Positions 1 to 9,023 of a stretch of 64,000 bases of DNA are shown piece by piece. The DNA comes from a candidate division FCPU426 bacterium. GTDB lineage: Bacteria > Oederibacteriota > JAAXVQ01 > JAUVAV01. How positions within the stretch are numbered: position 1 is the stretch's first letter; each line of letters opens with the position of its first letter. The position numbers and the translations under genes were made by a program. Location: assembly GCA_040756875.1 (NCBI GenBank), contig JBFLYH010000002.1, positions 863,078 through 927,077 of the forward strand, given 5' to 3'. The notes beneath the pieces were generated by a model. It did not search any database and was not told the origin of the DNA. It saw only the letters and a program-made list of their open reading frames with translations.

Positions 1-1092
1 ACGGCGGATACGATCGAGCAGTTTAAAATCATACGCTCGGAGAATATCACCTGCGATACGACGTTCTATGACACGCTGGAGATCCGTGTGCCGGATATTT
101 ATTATCCTGCAGCCACGCAGTGGACGATCGGGTTGCACGAAGGCGGATATGCAAATTATTTCAGTCTGCACAAACCGAGCGGGGCGACCGGGACGTTTGC
201 CTTTGATTTTTTGCGCGATCTCGGATGGAGCGGGATAAAGACGTTTTATATCGAAGCCAGGGTCACGGCCGATCCCAGTGATTATTTCAAAATGGATTAT
301 GTCCGTGTCTTTCATAATGCGACCGACAAAGTATATTTATGGAGGGAAGAATTCAACGGAGAAATCGCCCTGGCCTGCAAAAACTGGTGGGATGAAAACG
401 AAGACAGCACGCTGAATGCCACCATTAGCCCGGATCCCACGCAAACGTACGCCCAAATCCAAATTGTCGGTCCTGAAATATTCGGAAAAGTAATAACACC
501 GGGCGTGTATTGGAATCCTTCCAAATACAGCCGGGTATCGCTGGGGGTGGTTTCGATTTCTCCCAACACCGAGTGTACGGTGGAAGTGATCGATTTGATC
601 ACCTATCAACATGCCACCCTGGGAACCATCACCCAGGAAGGGACATACGACTTCAATGTTTTCGAGGCGCCGGGCTGGAAATGGACCCAGGAAGAATTGC
701 TCGCGATCCAGGTTTGGGTCAGCGCGGATCAGAGCGGGAAAAACTGCCTGATCGACTACATCCGCATTTATTCGTTCAAGGAGACCACGCCCACTCCCAC
801 CCCCGATATAACGCCGTACTTTCCAGAGGGCGGATATGCCAGGCCGAATCCCTTCCTGCCCACCAGGGGGCAAAAAGCGTCTTTTAATTTCCGCCTCCCT
901 CAGGCGGGTGCGGCTTACACCATCCGTATTTTCAATACCCGTGGCCGGCTGGTGCGGACGCTGGGGACGTCCTCGCGGCCGGAATGGGACGGCAGGGACG
1001 AAATGGGAAATATTTGCGAGGGCGGAATTTATTTTTATCAGATCGAGTCAGGCGGGTGGCGCATCAATGGACAGGTGGTACTGATTAAATGA
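1..1092 (+). CDS. Secreted protein (5'-truncated) with TPTP linker and C-terminal FlgD-Ig / T9SS-like sorting domain
   Basis: Frame is open from base 1, so the true start lies upstream. TTPTPTP linker, then PNPF...IRIFNTRGRLVRTL...WDGRDEMG...GIYFYQI...GQVVLIK, typical of FlgD-Ig/T9SS-type C-terminal domains. Confidence 0.75.
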   Translation, partial: TADTIEQFKIIRSENITCDTTFYDTLEIRVPDIYYPAATQWTIGLHEGGYANYFSLHKPSGATGTFAFDFLRDLGWSGIKTFYIEARVTADPSDYFKMDYVRVFHNATDKVYLWREEFNGEIALACKNWWDENEDSTLNATISPDPTQTYAQIQIVGPEIFGKVITPGVYWNPSKYSRVSLGVVSISPNTECTVEVIDLITYQHATLGTITQEGTYDFNVFEAPGWKWTQEELLAIQVWVSADQSGKNCLIDYIRIYSFKETTPTPTPDITPYFPEGGYARPNPFLPTRGQKASFNFRLPQAGAAYTIRIFNTRGRLVRTLGTSSRPEWDGRDEMGNICEGGIYFYQIESGGWRINGQVVLIK

Positions 1093-3275
1093 GGCGGCGG
1101 ATGAAAACGGAGAGCCGGTTCGTCTTTCGGTGTATCGCAGCCGGCGCCCGGCGGATCGGCACGGCGGCCCTTTTGCTGGCTTGGGCGGGTTCAGCCTTTG
1201 CCTATTTCCAGGATGCGGTGGATGGCGTGCGGCCCGCGGGCATGGGCGAAGCCTTTACCGGCGTGGCTGACGATGTCAACGCCATCCTGTTCAATCCCGC
1301 GGGGCTGGCGCAACTCCGGCAGATCGAAATCAATGGCATGTATTCCGATTTGTTTTCAGGTTTGCATACGCGGCTGTATAACGGGCAATTCGACCATGTC
1401 GGCTATAATTATCTTTCCGTGGCCGTGCCCATCGCCCCCTCGTTAGGGACCGTGGCCGCAGGCTGGGCGCAACTTCATTCGGTGTTTTATAAGGAAAACA
1501 CGTTTATTTTATCGTTCGGCCGCAGCATCTGGGCGCCTTACACCATGGCACTGGGAATCGAAGTCAGCGCCGGCGTCAATCTTAAAGGCTTGCACTGGCA
1601 AGTGGAACCCAACGAATATACCACCAATCCAGATTACTTTCCTTTCGGTGAAAAATACAAAGCGGCGTTTACCGCTGACGCTGGAGTGCTGGCGGCAGTG
1701 GGAGAAACCCTGCGGGTGGGAGCGAGCGTCGATAACATCATTCCCGCCGATGTAGGCTTGGCGGTCCATGAGCAGGTGCCCGTGGTTGTCAGGGCGGGGG
1801 GGAGTTATCGTTGGCCGTGGCGCTGCTGGTCCATGGACTCTTTATTGACGGCGGTGGAAGTGACGGCACGCAATCGGATTTACATACCCAAGGCCGGTGT
1901 CGAATCCTGGTGGTTCAACGAACGTCTGGGAGTCCGGGCGGGGATTCATACCGAAGGGGTAACCGCCGGATTGAGCATCCGCGAGCGGATACCCGAATCC
2001 CCCTTGGGCATTCAGCTGGACTATGCCTTCGCCTATCCTTTCTATGTCGCGGACACCCTGGGGTCCCATCGCGTCGGTTTTCTACTGAGGTGGGATCCGG
2101 CCCCCGTTCTCCCGCCGCCATCGCAATCACCGCTACAGCTGCCCGACGTCTACTTGATTCCCAAAATGCAACTGGCAACGGCGCTCGTGCAAGCGATTAA
2201 CGATGCATCTCAGACCGCCCAGGACCTAGCGGATCGAGCGGAACAGGTGGCCACGGAAACCAGGACGCTGGCCTCCCCCGAAGCCGCCAGCAGAGCGGCC
2301 GCTGAAACCGCCAAACTTACCGAGGCCGCGCAGCAGGTTCGGACCCTTGCCGAGCAGGCGGCGGCACTGGCCAGTCGCATGGCAAAGCTGCGCCAGTTGG
2401 CGGAGGCGGAAGCCGTTTTGAATGAATTGCAAATGATTGAGCAAACAGCCAGCCGCAGGACAACGGAATTAGGCAGGACGCTGGACGAGGTTTACACCGC
2501 GCGTTATTTTGTACCCGAAAAAGACCGAAATACCATTGTCGTCGGCATACAAACCGAAATTTTTTCGGATTTCGGGCCGCGGGAGCAAATCGACCCGAAG
2601 CTGATGATATTGAGAACATATCTTGAAGCGGAAACCGGGATGAAGATCGAATTTCGCGAATACAATATTGACAATCTTAAAAACGATTTCATTCATGGTT
2701 ATATCGATGTTTTGGCCGCCTATTCAGCGGTGTTGCAACCCTATGTGGAATATCAATCGCTTAAGCCGATTGCGACCATTCAGACCAAAGGCCAAACCAG
2801 CCAACCCTGCTGTTTGTTTGCGGCCAATGACCAACCGTTCGCCCGGCCCGAAGATTTGAAAGACAAACGGTTGGGATATTTCCACTCGGAAATCCTTCCG
2901 CACATCAAGGAATATTTTTATCCCGCGAGTGGGCTTTATAACAATCTTCATTATTTTAGAAACACCTTTAAATTCAAAAACGGTCCGGATGCCTTGGGTG
3001 CACTGCAAATGAAAGGCGTGGATGCCATCGTGGGGTTCGCTTATATGCTGAAAATAGCGGACAATCTCAATGCGGAATATCCCATTGGCATTAAATGCAT
3101 TGCGAAATCAAAGCTGATCCCCAATCAACCGCTCTATTACCGCCCGTCGAGAAATCCGGTGAAACAGCAGCAAATGAATCTGTTGGCGGATGCCCTGTTG
3201 CGTTTTCACGAGAATCCCGCGGCGGAGTCTTTCTTGAATTACTTCGGAATCGACCGCTTTGTGCCGGTCCAGTAA
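1089..3275 (+). CDS. PorV/PorP-like outer-membrane beta-barrel fused to coiled coil and PhnD-like (phosphonate-type) periplasmic binding domain
   Basis: Signal peptide (AFA|Y); GVRPAGMGEAFTGVADDVNAILFNPAGL N-terminal motif; barrel end QLDYAF...LGSHRVGFLLRW at ~aa335; Pro linker; Ala/Glu-rich helix aa~360-465; YLEAETGMKIE...EDLKDKRLG...VDAIV...CIAKSKLIPNQPL PBP-like domain. Confidence 0.7.
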   Translation: MRRRMKTESRFVFRCIAAGARRIGTAALLLAWAGSAFAYFQDAVDGVRPAGMGEAFTGVADDVNAILFNPAGLAQLRQIEINGMYSDLFSGLHTRLYNGQFDHVGYNYLSVAVPIAPSLGTVAAGWAQLHSVFYKENTFILSFGRSIWAPYTMALGIEVSAGVNLKGLHWQVEPNEYTTNPDYFPFGEKYKAAFTADAGVLAAVGETLRVGASVDNIIPADVGLAVHEQVPVVVRAGGSYRWPWRCWSMDSLLTAVEVTARNRIYIPKAGVESWWFNERLGVRAGIHTEGVTAGLSIRERIPESPLGIQLDYAFAYPFYVADTLGSHRVGFLLRWDPAPVLPPPSQSPLQLPDVYLIPKMQLATALVQAINDASQTAQDLADRAEQVATETRTLASPEAASRAAAETAKLTEAAQQVRTLAEQAAALASRMAKLRQLAEAEAVLNELQMIEQTASRRTTELGRTLDEVYTARYFVPEKDRNTIVVGIQTEIFSDFGPREQIDPKLMILRTYLEAETGMKIEFREYNIDNLKNDFIHGYIDVLAAYSAVLQPYVEYQSLKPIATIQTKGQTSQPCCLFAANDQPFARPEDLKDKRLGYFHSEILPHIKEYFYPASGLYNNLHYFRNTFKFKNGPDALGALQMKGVDAIVGFAYMLKIADNLNAEYPIGIKCIAKSKLIPNQPLYYRPSRNPVKQQQMNLLADALLRFHENPAAESFLNYFGIDRFVPVQ

Positions 3276-3287
3276 AAGGATGAAGGA

Positions 3288-4565
3288 ATGAGTGCGAGCA
3301 TCATGGTTAGAAAGCATTGGCCGGTGATCGTCGGCGGAGTCATCCTAGGCATGACCTTGTCCGCCGTGGGTGTCATATGGATGAATATCAGGGATTTCGA
3401 GCGTCAGCGTAATCGCGAACACTTTGATCTGGCGCAGAACATCGCCCGGACGTCCATGGTGTTCATTAACAACTTGCAGTACGATTATTTCCATCAAATC
3501 ATCAGACTGTTGACCCAGATCTCCTTTATTCCCTACATGGATGTCAATCTCGAAGGCAAGACCGTCCTGCGCAGCGGCTTGGCGCCGGAGCGGTTTCCGT
3601 CATGGCCGGAACGCGCCGCCGACTCGTGGGTCCATTTGGACGCGAAGCAAAATCTGGTGTTTGTTCAGCAGCCGCTGGAACTGAAAGGCGTCAGGAACGC
3701 GGAATTGCGCATGGTATTTTCGCAGGCCGGATTTCAGCAGTCCAAGCAGATGATCGGATATGCCATTGTTTTAATCCTCGTCCTGTTGAGTCTGACCCTC
3801 TTTTTCATGTCTCTGCTGGCCCGTGCCCACCTGGCTCTGGCCCAGGCGGAGAAAAACAAGTCGGAAATGATCCGCCGCATTGCCCACGACGCCAAACAGG
3901 AATTGACGGTCATTGTCGGAAAAACCGCGGTCAATCTGAGCAGACTGAAAAAAGGCCCCGGCAACGAGCAGTTGGAACGGGATTTGAAGCTGACGCAGGA
4001 GAGCGCCGAGTCCATCGAAAATTATCTGAACAACTTGAACGACCAGAGCAAACTCGCCGCCGGACAGACTGAAATCATTGCCGCGGACATCGATATTGTC
4101 AAAGTCATCAGAAACGTTTTGGAAAGCCACGCCGAAACCGTGGCGCAGTACGGTTTGAAATTCATTTTTGAACCGGCCGCCGCCCCTTGCCGCGCCTGGG
4201 CTGATCCGCACGCCGTCAAACGGGTCCTGGTCAACCTGATCCACAATGCCATCAAGTATTCAAGCCCCGGTAGCGTGATCGAGATCAAAGTCGAAACCAA
4301 CGGCTTATGGCAGAAATTATTCGTCCGCGACCAGGGCGCGGGCATTGCCCCGGAAAACTGGGAAAAAATCTTTGAACCGTATGTTCAAATCGATCCCAAA
4401 GGCAAAGGCATGGGGCTTGGCTTGACGAATGCCAGGCAATTGATCCGGCGTTTGGGAGGCGAACTGAAAGTGATCGCGAGCCAAAAGGGCAGGGGAACGA
4501 CTTTTGCATTCACGCTTCCCATCCACGAGATGTCAACCCCGGTCACGGAAGGAAGGGCGACATGA
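3288..4565 (+). CDS. Membrane sensor histidine kinase (2 TM, periplasmic domain)
   Basis: Two TM helices, H-box IAHDAKQEL, N-box NLIHNAIKYS, DQGAGI, G2 GMGLGL. Confidence 0.9.
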   Translation: MSASIMVRKHWPVIVGGVILGMTLSAVGVIWMNIRDFERQRNREHFDLAQNIARTSMVFINNLQYDYFHQIIRLLTQISFIPYMDVNLEGKTVLRSGLAPERFPSWPERAADSWVHLDAKQNLVFVQQPLELKGVRNAELRMVFSQAGFQQSKQMIGYAIVLILVLLSLTLFFMSLLARAHLALAQAEKNKSEMIRRIAHDAKQELTVIVGKTAVNLSRLKKGPGNEQLERDLKLTQESAESIENYLNNLNDQSKLAAGQTEIIAADIDIVKVIRNVLESHAETVAQYGLKFIFEPAAAPCRAWADPHAVKRVLVNLIHNAIKYSSPGSVIEIKVETNGLWQKLFVRDQGAGIAPENWEKIFEPYVQIDPKGKGMGLGLTNARQLIRRLGGELKVIASQKGRGTTFAFTLPIHEMSTPVTEGRAT

Positions 4566-5959
4566 CCAAAATACTGGTATTGGACGACGAAGTCCTGGTT
4601 TTGGAAACCATCACCGGCATCCTGCAGGGCGAAGGCTACACAGTGGAATCGAGCCGGCAGACGGAAGGGGTCCTGCAACGCATCGCCGACTTTAATCCCG
4701 ATCTGGTCACTTTGGATCTTCGCTTTGGCGACGATGAAATGGCGGGCGTCAAAGTGATCCAGCAGATCCGGGGGAAGTATTCGCGGGAGCAGCTTCCCAT
4801 CATTGTGATCAGCGGCCGCGGAGACGCCGTGAAGCTTAAGCAGCTTCTCAAACAGGGGTTGGATGACTACATCTACAAACCGTTCAAATCGGAAGAGTTG
4901 CTGGAAAAAGTTCAAACCAGCTTGGCCAGACGCCAGCCCAGCCGTGAAAACGGGCGCGAGCGGATTGACACCGAGATGATCGGCGGTCAAGCGATCATGG
5001 ACCTGATGCTCAAACTGGAGCGCCGGGCGAAAGCGCAATTGGACACTCTGATTTTGGGGGAAAACGGAACCGGCAAGGACATGTTTGCGAAACTGTATCA
5101 CCAACTCAGCCCGAGGCAGGACCAGCCGTTTTACCACATCAACTGTCCGGCCATCCCGCCCACTTTATTCGAGGCGGAAATCTTCGGCCGGGAAAAGGGG
5201 GCCTATTCCGGCGCCGTGTTCAGCCGCGGAAAAATCGAAGAGGCGGCCGGGGGCATCGCCTTTTTCAATGAGATTGGGGAACTGAATCTGGACGTGCAGG
5301 CCAAATTGCTGCATTTGTTCGACACGGAAAAGAAGACTTTTTGCCGCGTGGGCGGCAATCAACCGATTGAACTGGATGTCATCGTCATTGCGGCCACCAA
5401 CCGCAATCTGGAGCAAATGGTCAAGGAGGGTCGCTTTCGGCAGGATTTGTTTTATCGCCTTAAAACCGAACCCATCGTGCTTCCTCCGCTCAGGCAGCGG
5501 CGCGAAGACATACCCCTGCTGATCGATTACTTCATCAAAAAATACAACCAGCGCTTCAGAAAAAACATACAGCCTGCCGCACCCTCCTTGGCGGCACGAA
5601 TTTCGAAACTGGAGCTGTCCGGAAACGTCAGGGAACTGGAGAAAGGGCTGGAAGTGGCAGTGGGCAATTGCCGCGGCAATAATTTGGCCTGGGAGGATTT
5701 TGCCGATTTTTTTCCATCCCACCCCGATACGCTGCCACAACCGGGCGGCGAGAAAAGCATTTACGAATTGGACTATCTGGCCATGCGCGAGTATGTCAAA
5801 GGCAAGACCGAAGAGTTGGAGAAGGATTACCTCCAATACCATTTGGCTCAAAACGGGTTTAATCCCACCCAAACTGCCGTGAAGCTGAACATGAAAAACA
5901 CCAAGTACATTTACGAGCGTATGCGTTTGCTCAACATTAAGTTGAATGAGTATAACTGA
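4562..5959 (+). CDS. Sigma54-dependent response regulator (REC-AAA+-HTH, NtrC family)
   Basis: REC domain (LVLDDE...TLD...KPF), Walker A GENGTGKD, GAYSGA loop, VIAATNRNL, FRQDLFYRL, GNVREL, Fis-like C-terminus; ATGA overlap with the HK. Confidence 0.93.
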   Translation: MTKILVLDDEVLVLETITGILQGEGYTVESSRQTEGVLQRIADFNPDLVTLDLRFGDDEMAGVKVIQQIRGKYSREQLPIIVISGRGDAVKLKQLLKQGLDDYIYKPFKSEELLEKVQTSLARRQPSRENGRERIDTEMIGGQAIMDLMLKLERRAKAQLDTLILGENGTGKDMFAKLYHQLSPRQDQPFYHINCPAIPPTLFEAEIFGREKGAYSGAVFSRGKIEEAAGGIAFFNEIGELNLDVQAKLLHLFDTEKKTFCRVGGNQPIELDVIVIAATNRNLEQMVKEGRFRQDLFYRLKTEPIVLPPLRQRREDIPLLIDYFIKKYNQRFRKNIQPAAPSLAARISKLELSGNVRELEKGLEVAVGNCRGNNLAWEDFADFFPSHPDTLPQPGGEKSIYELDYLAMREYVKGKTEELEKDYLQYHLAQNGFNPTQTAVKLNMKNTKYIYERMRLLNIKLNEYN

Positions 5960-6227
5960 CTATAAAGATATTGAAGTAGTAAGGCATATCCGTACCGAAG
6001 TCAGGCCTCCCCTTACTTGATTCCCCTATTTCCTAGCAGTCGGCAGACCATGGGAGATCCCGGCGCCGGAGGCGCATCTTGAGTGGCAGTGGGTATGTTT
6101 TATGGGAAAGAAAAAACAGGACAAAACCTAAGCAAATAAAACGTTTTTGCAACCATCGCGAACGTTAGTTTCCCTGGCCTCCTTGGTGGCTTTTTTTGGC
6201 AAGCATACCAGAGGAAGGAATAAAACC

Positions 6228-6243
6228 TGGCACGGTTTCTGCT
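6228..6243 (+). promoter_or_regulatory. Sigma54 (-24/-12) promoter
   Basis: TGGCACGGTTTCTGCT versus consensus TGGCACG-N4-TTGCW (one mismatch), correct GG-N10-GC spacing, 48 bp upstream of the ECF start. Confidence 0.8.
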
Positions 6244-6291
6244 CTAACATAATAGCGGGCAAAAGCAGCTTTACCACGCCAGGGGGGAAGA

Positions 6292-6867
6292 ATGAAAAAC
6301 CTTGAACCGCTGAACGACGAAAAATTACTGCTCATGCTTCGCCGGGGATCAAAGGATGCCGGAGAAGTTATTTTTAAACGGTATTACCCGGCGGTGCTGG
6401 GGCTGAGCCGGAAATACCTGTGTTGCCAACATGACGCCGAAGACATTGCCCAGGAAGTTTTCTTACGCGCCTTGGCCATGGATAAAATAAGGAAGTTCAG
6501 GGGAGAAAGCAGCCTACGTACCTGGCTTTTTAGGATCGCCATCAATTTGTGCTATTCCAAGCACCGTAAACACCGGGAAAAGTTGCTGCTCAACGACGAA
6601 AAGCATCCGGAACCGGTTATTCCCTCGGGAGGCCCTGACCCCGAGGAAGAGGCCATGCGCCTGGAAGCGAAGCATCAACTGCGGGTGGCGCTGTGGAAGC
6701 TTCCGAAAAAGTATCAAACCGTGATCGCGCTTTTTTATCAGGACCAACGGACGTACAGCGACATCGCGAAAACCCTTCGGCAGTCCGTGGGAAGTATCGG
6801 CGTGTGCTTGAAACGCGGCCGGGCCATCTTGAACCGGCGATTGGCCTACCGGGGCGTATGGGTTTAA
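6292..6867 (+). CDS. ECF (group 4) RNA polymerase sigma factor
   Basis: DAEDIAQEVFL, FRGESSLRTWLFRIAIN (region 2); LPKKYQTVI...TYSDIA...GSI...LKRGR (region 4); GGGGGAAG RBS. Confidence 0.92.
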   Translation: MKNLEPLNDEKLLLMLRRGSKDAGEVIFKRYYPAVLGLSRKYLCCQHDAEDIAQEVFLRALAMDKIRKFRGESSLRTWLFRIAINLCYSKHRKHREKLLLNDEKHPEPVIPSGGPDPEEEAMRLEAKHQLRVALWKLPKKYQTVIALFYQDQRTYSDIAKTLRQSVGSIGVCLKRGRAILNRRLAYRGVWV

Positions 6868-6992
6868 AATTCCTCAATAATGATTGACGCGGCCTTTTTC
6901 AGCCCCTAAAATACTGCCCCAATGCAGGTCATTCGTTTCCCCGGCAAACCGGAGTCCTTCCGGCAGGGGCAAACTAAAACGGAGGAAAAGGA

Positions 6993-7538
6993 ATGGAAAG
7001 CAGGCAGTGGGTAGTAGGCACGATGGCCGTATTGGGTTTGTTGGTTGCAGCCGGATGCGCGCAACCGCCGGAGCAGGAAAAGGGCGCCGCGCAGACAGCC
7101 ATGCAGGCCGCACTCCAAGGCGGGGCCGAAACCTATGCGATGGCGGCTTGGAATGAAGCCAAGACCAAATGGGACGCCGCCGAGCAGCAGATGCAGCAGA
7201 AAGTGTATGCCCAAGCGAAAGTGGCGTACTTGGAAGCCAAAGCCGCTTTTGATTCATCTCTGGGCCAGGTCGAAGCCGGCAAGCAGAGCATGATAGCCGC
7301 CAACCAAACGGCATTGGCCGAGATGGAAAAGAGTTGGAGTGAAGCCACGGCGTTGTCTAAAAAAGCCATGAAAAAAATGTCGGTTGAATTAAAACAAGCC
7401 TGGACCGCGGAATCCAAAATGGTGGATGACGCGTTGAAAACGGCCAAGGACAACCTGGCGGCTCCGGCCGAAATTAAGCAAAAATTGGATGAAGTCAAAG
7501 CGTTGGTCGATAAATGGCTGGGTGAATTAAAAAAGTAA
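6993..7538 (+). CDS. Helical lipoprotein (DUF4398-like)
   Basis: Lipobox VAAGC, GGAGG RBS, all-helical A/K/E-rich sequence, followed by a terminator. Confidence 0.7.
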   Translation: MESRQWVVGTMAVLGLLVAAGCAQPPEQEKGAAQTAMQAALQGGAETYAMAAWNEAKTKWDAAEQQMQQKVYAQAKVAYLEAKAAFDSSLGQVEAGKQSMIAANQTALAEMEKSWSEATALSKKAMKKMSVELKQAWTAESKMVDDALKTAKDNLAAPAEIKQKLDEVKALVDKWLGELKK

Positions 7539-7556
7539 TCCTTTCCTGGTTTTCCG

Positions 7557-7588
7557 AACGCCCCGGGACGCTGTCCCGGGGCGTTTTT
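7557..7588 (+). terminator. Rho-independent terminator
   Basis: AACGCCCCGGGAC-GCT-GTCCCGGGGCGTT followed by T-run. Confidence 0.85.
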
Positions 7589-7901
7589 ATTTATAAACGT
7601 ATATAATAAAAGAAGCCTGCTTTTCCGGTTCGTCTTATCCGCAGTCGTCCCCAGTCGACAGCTCGTTTGGGAATTTGGTCTGGAGGCATAAAAAAGTCTT
7701 TCAATTCCTCCCGGGCGTTATATAGTAAAGCCGGGCGAAGGCCTGCGGCGCAGGGCAAACCGCCGCGGACCCGAGGCGGCTTTCGGCCAAAGAAACCCTG
7801 GACGCGTTCGTTCATCCCATCAAAAAGGAGTGCCTTCGCCGGGGTGATCTGGCGAGCGCATTTCCAATCCAAGCAACAGCCGTTTGCCAGGAGGAACCGA
7901 C

Positions 7902-8948
7902 ATGAAAAAAAACAATCTGGTTTTAACGGTACTAGTGCTGGGCATGCTGGTTTTTCTTTCGGTGGGATGCGGACCCGGGCAAAAAACGGGGCAAAGCCAG
8001 GTCCTTTATCATTGCACCATGCACCCTCAAATCATCCGGGACCATCCCGGGAAATGTCCGATCTGTGGCATGGATTTAGTTCCATTCACACCTCCGGCCA
8101 CCCCCGAAGCGACGAAGCCCGGCCTTTCGTCCGAAGGAAGCGCGATGACCATGCCGCAACAGGACCAGGCGGTCGAGGTGGATGTCCGCCGCCAGCAGCT
8201 CATCGGCGTCAAGACGGTCGTAGCTACGCGGCGAACGCTGGAAAAGACCCTGAGGGTGCAGGGAGAAGTGGCGCACGATCCGGAGATGTACCAGGCCCAG
8301 GCCGAATATCTCCGCGGCCTGGCAGCCGGTGGCGAAGGGGGGTTGCAGAGCGCCAGCCGTTTGAAACTGGAGCACATGGGCATGAGTCCTGATTTGATCC
8401 GCCGCCTGGAACGGCGCGGGCGGCCGCAGCGCAACCTGTTCGTCCGGGACCAGGACCCGGTATTTTGGATCTATGTTTATTTCTACGAGGCCGACCTGCC
8501 GTTTCTTTCGCTAGGGCAGCCGGTTGCCGTCCGGGTGCCCAGGCTGGGCGGACAACATGACGGCGTTTTGAGGGGTTTGCAGCCGTACGTGGAGCCGGCC
8601 GCCCGCACAATCCGGGGCATTGTGGAAGTGCGCGATCCTGAATTGCGGTTGTATGCCGGCTTGTATGCGGATGCCGAGGTTCGCCTGACGCTGCCCGAAG
8701 CAGTGGTCATCCCAGCCTCGGCCGTGCTCGATTCCGGCACCCGGCAGGTCGTGTTTGAGCTGACCGGGCCGGGCCGGTTTGAACCGCGGGAAGTGCAGAT
8801 CGGCGCCGTGGCGGGCGAATTCGCCCAGGTGCTAACCGGAGTGGAAGCCGGCGCCAGCGTGGTGACGGACGGGAACTTCATGCTCGACGCCGAAAGCCGC
8901 CTGCAGTCGGTGGTGAAAGAGACGGCTCCGGCCGGCCACCAGCACTAG
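7902..8948 (+). CDS. cusB: CusB-family heavy-metal efflux RND periplasmic adaptor
   Basis: YHCTMHPQI...PGKCPICGMDL heavy-metal-binding domain; MFP body; GNFMLDAESRL; AGGAGG RBS before ATG 7902. Confidence 0.88.
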   Translation: MKKNNLVLTVLVLGMLVFLSVGCGPGQKTGQSQVLYHCTMHPQIIRDHPGKCPICGMDLVPFTPPATPEATKPGLSSEGSAMTMPQQDQAVEVDVRRQQLIGVKTVVATRRTLEKTLRVQGEVAHDPEMYQAQAEYLRGLAAGGEGGLQSASRLKLEHMGMSPDLIRRLERRGRPQRNLFVRDQDPVFWIYVYFYEADLPFLSLGQPVAVRVPRLGGQHDGVLRGLQPYVEPAARTIRGIVEVRDPELRLYAGLYADAEVRLTLPEAVVIPASAVLDSGTRQVVFELTGPGRFEPREVQIGAVAGEFAQVLTGVEAGASVVTDGNFMLDAESRLQSVVKETAPAGHQH

Positions 8949-9023
8949 CGGACCCGCTCGCGGCGCCTTCCCGGACGGTCCGGATCGGCGCCGGAATCTT
9001 TGCTGCCAGGGAGAGTCGTGCCT

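Noticed and set aside
6884-7156. Anti-sigma factor after the ECF
   Set aside because: The Arg/Gly-rich ORF has no TM or ZAS motif and overlaps the lipoprotein gene in another frame.
7751-7800. c-di-GMP-I riboswitch
   Set aside because: Only GGCAAA and a stem match; the GNRA loop, GACGCAAAG junction and P3 receptor are missing.
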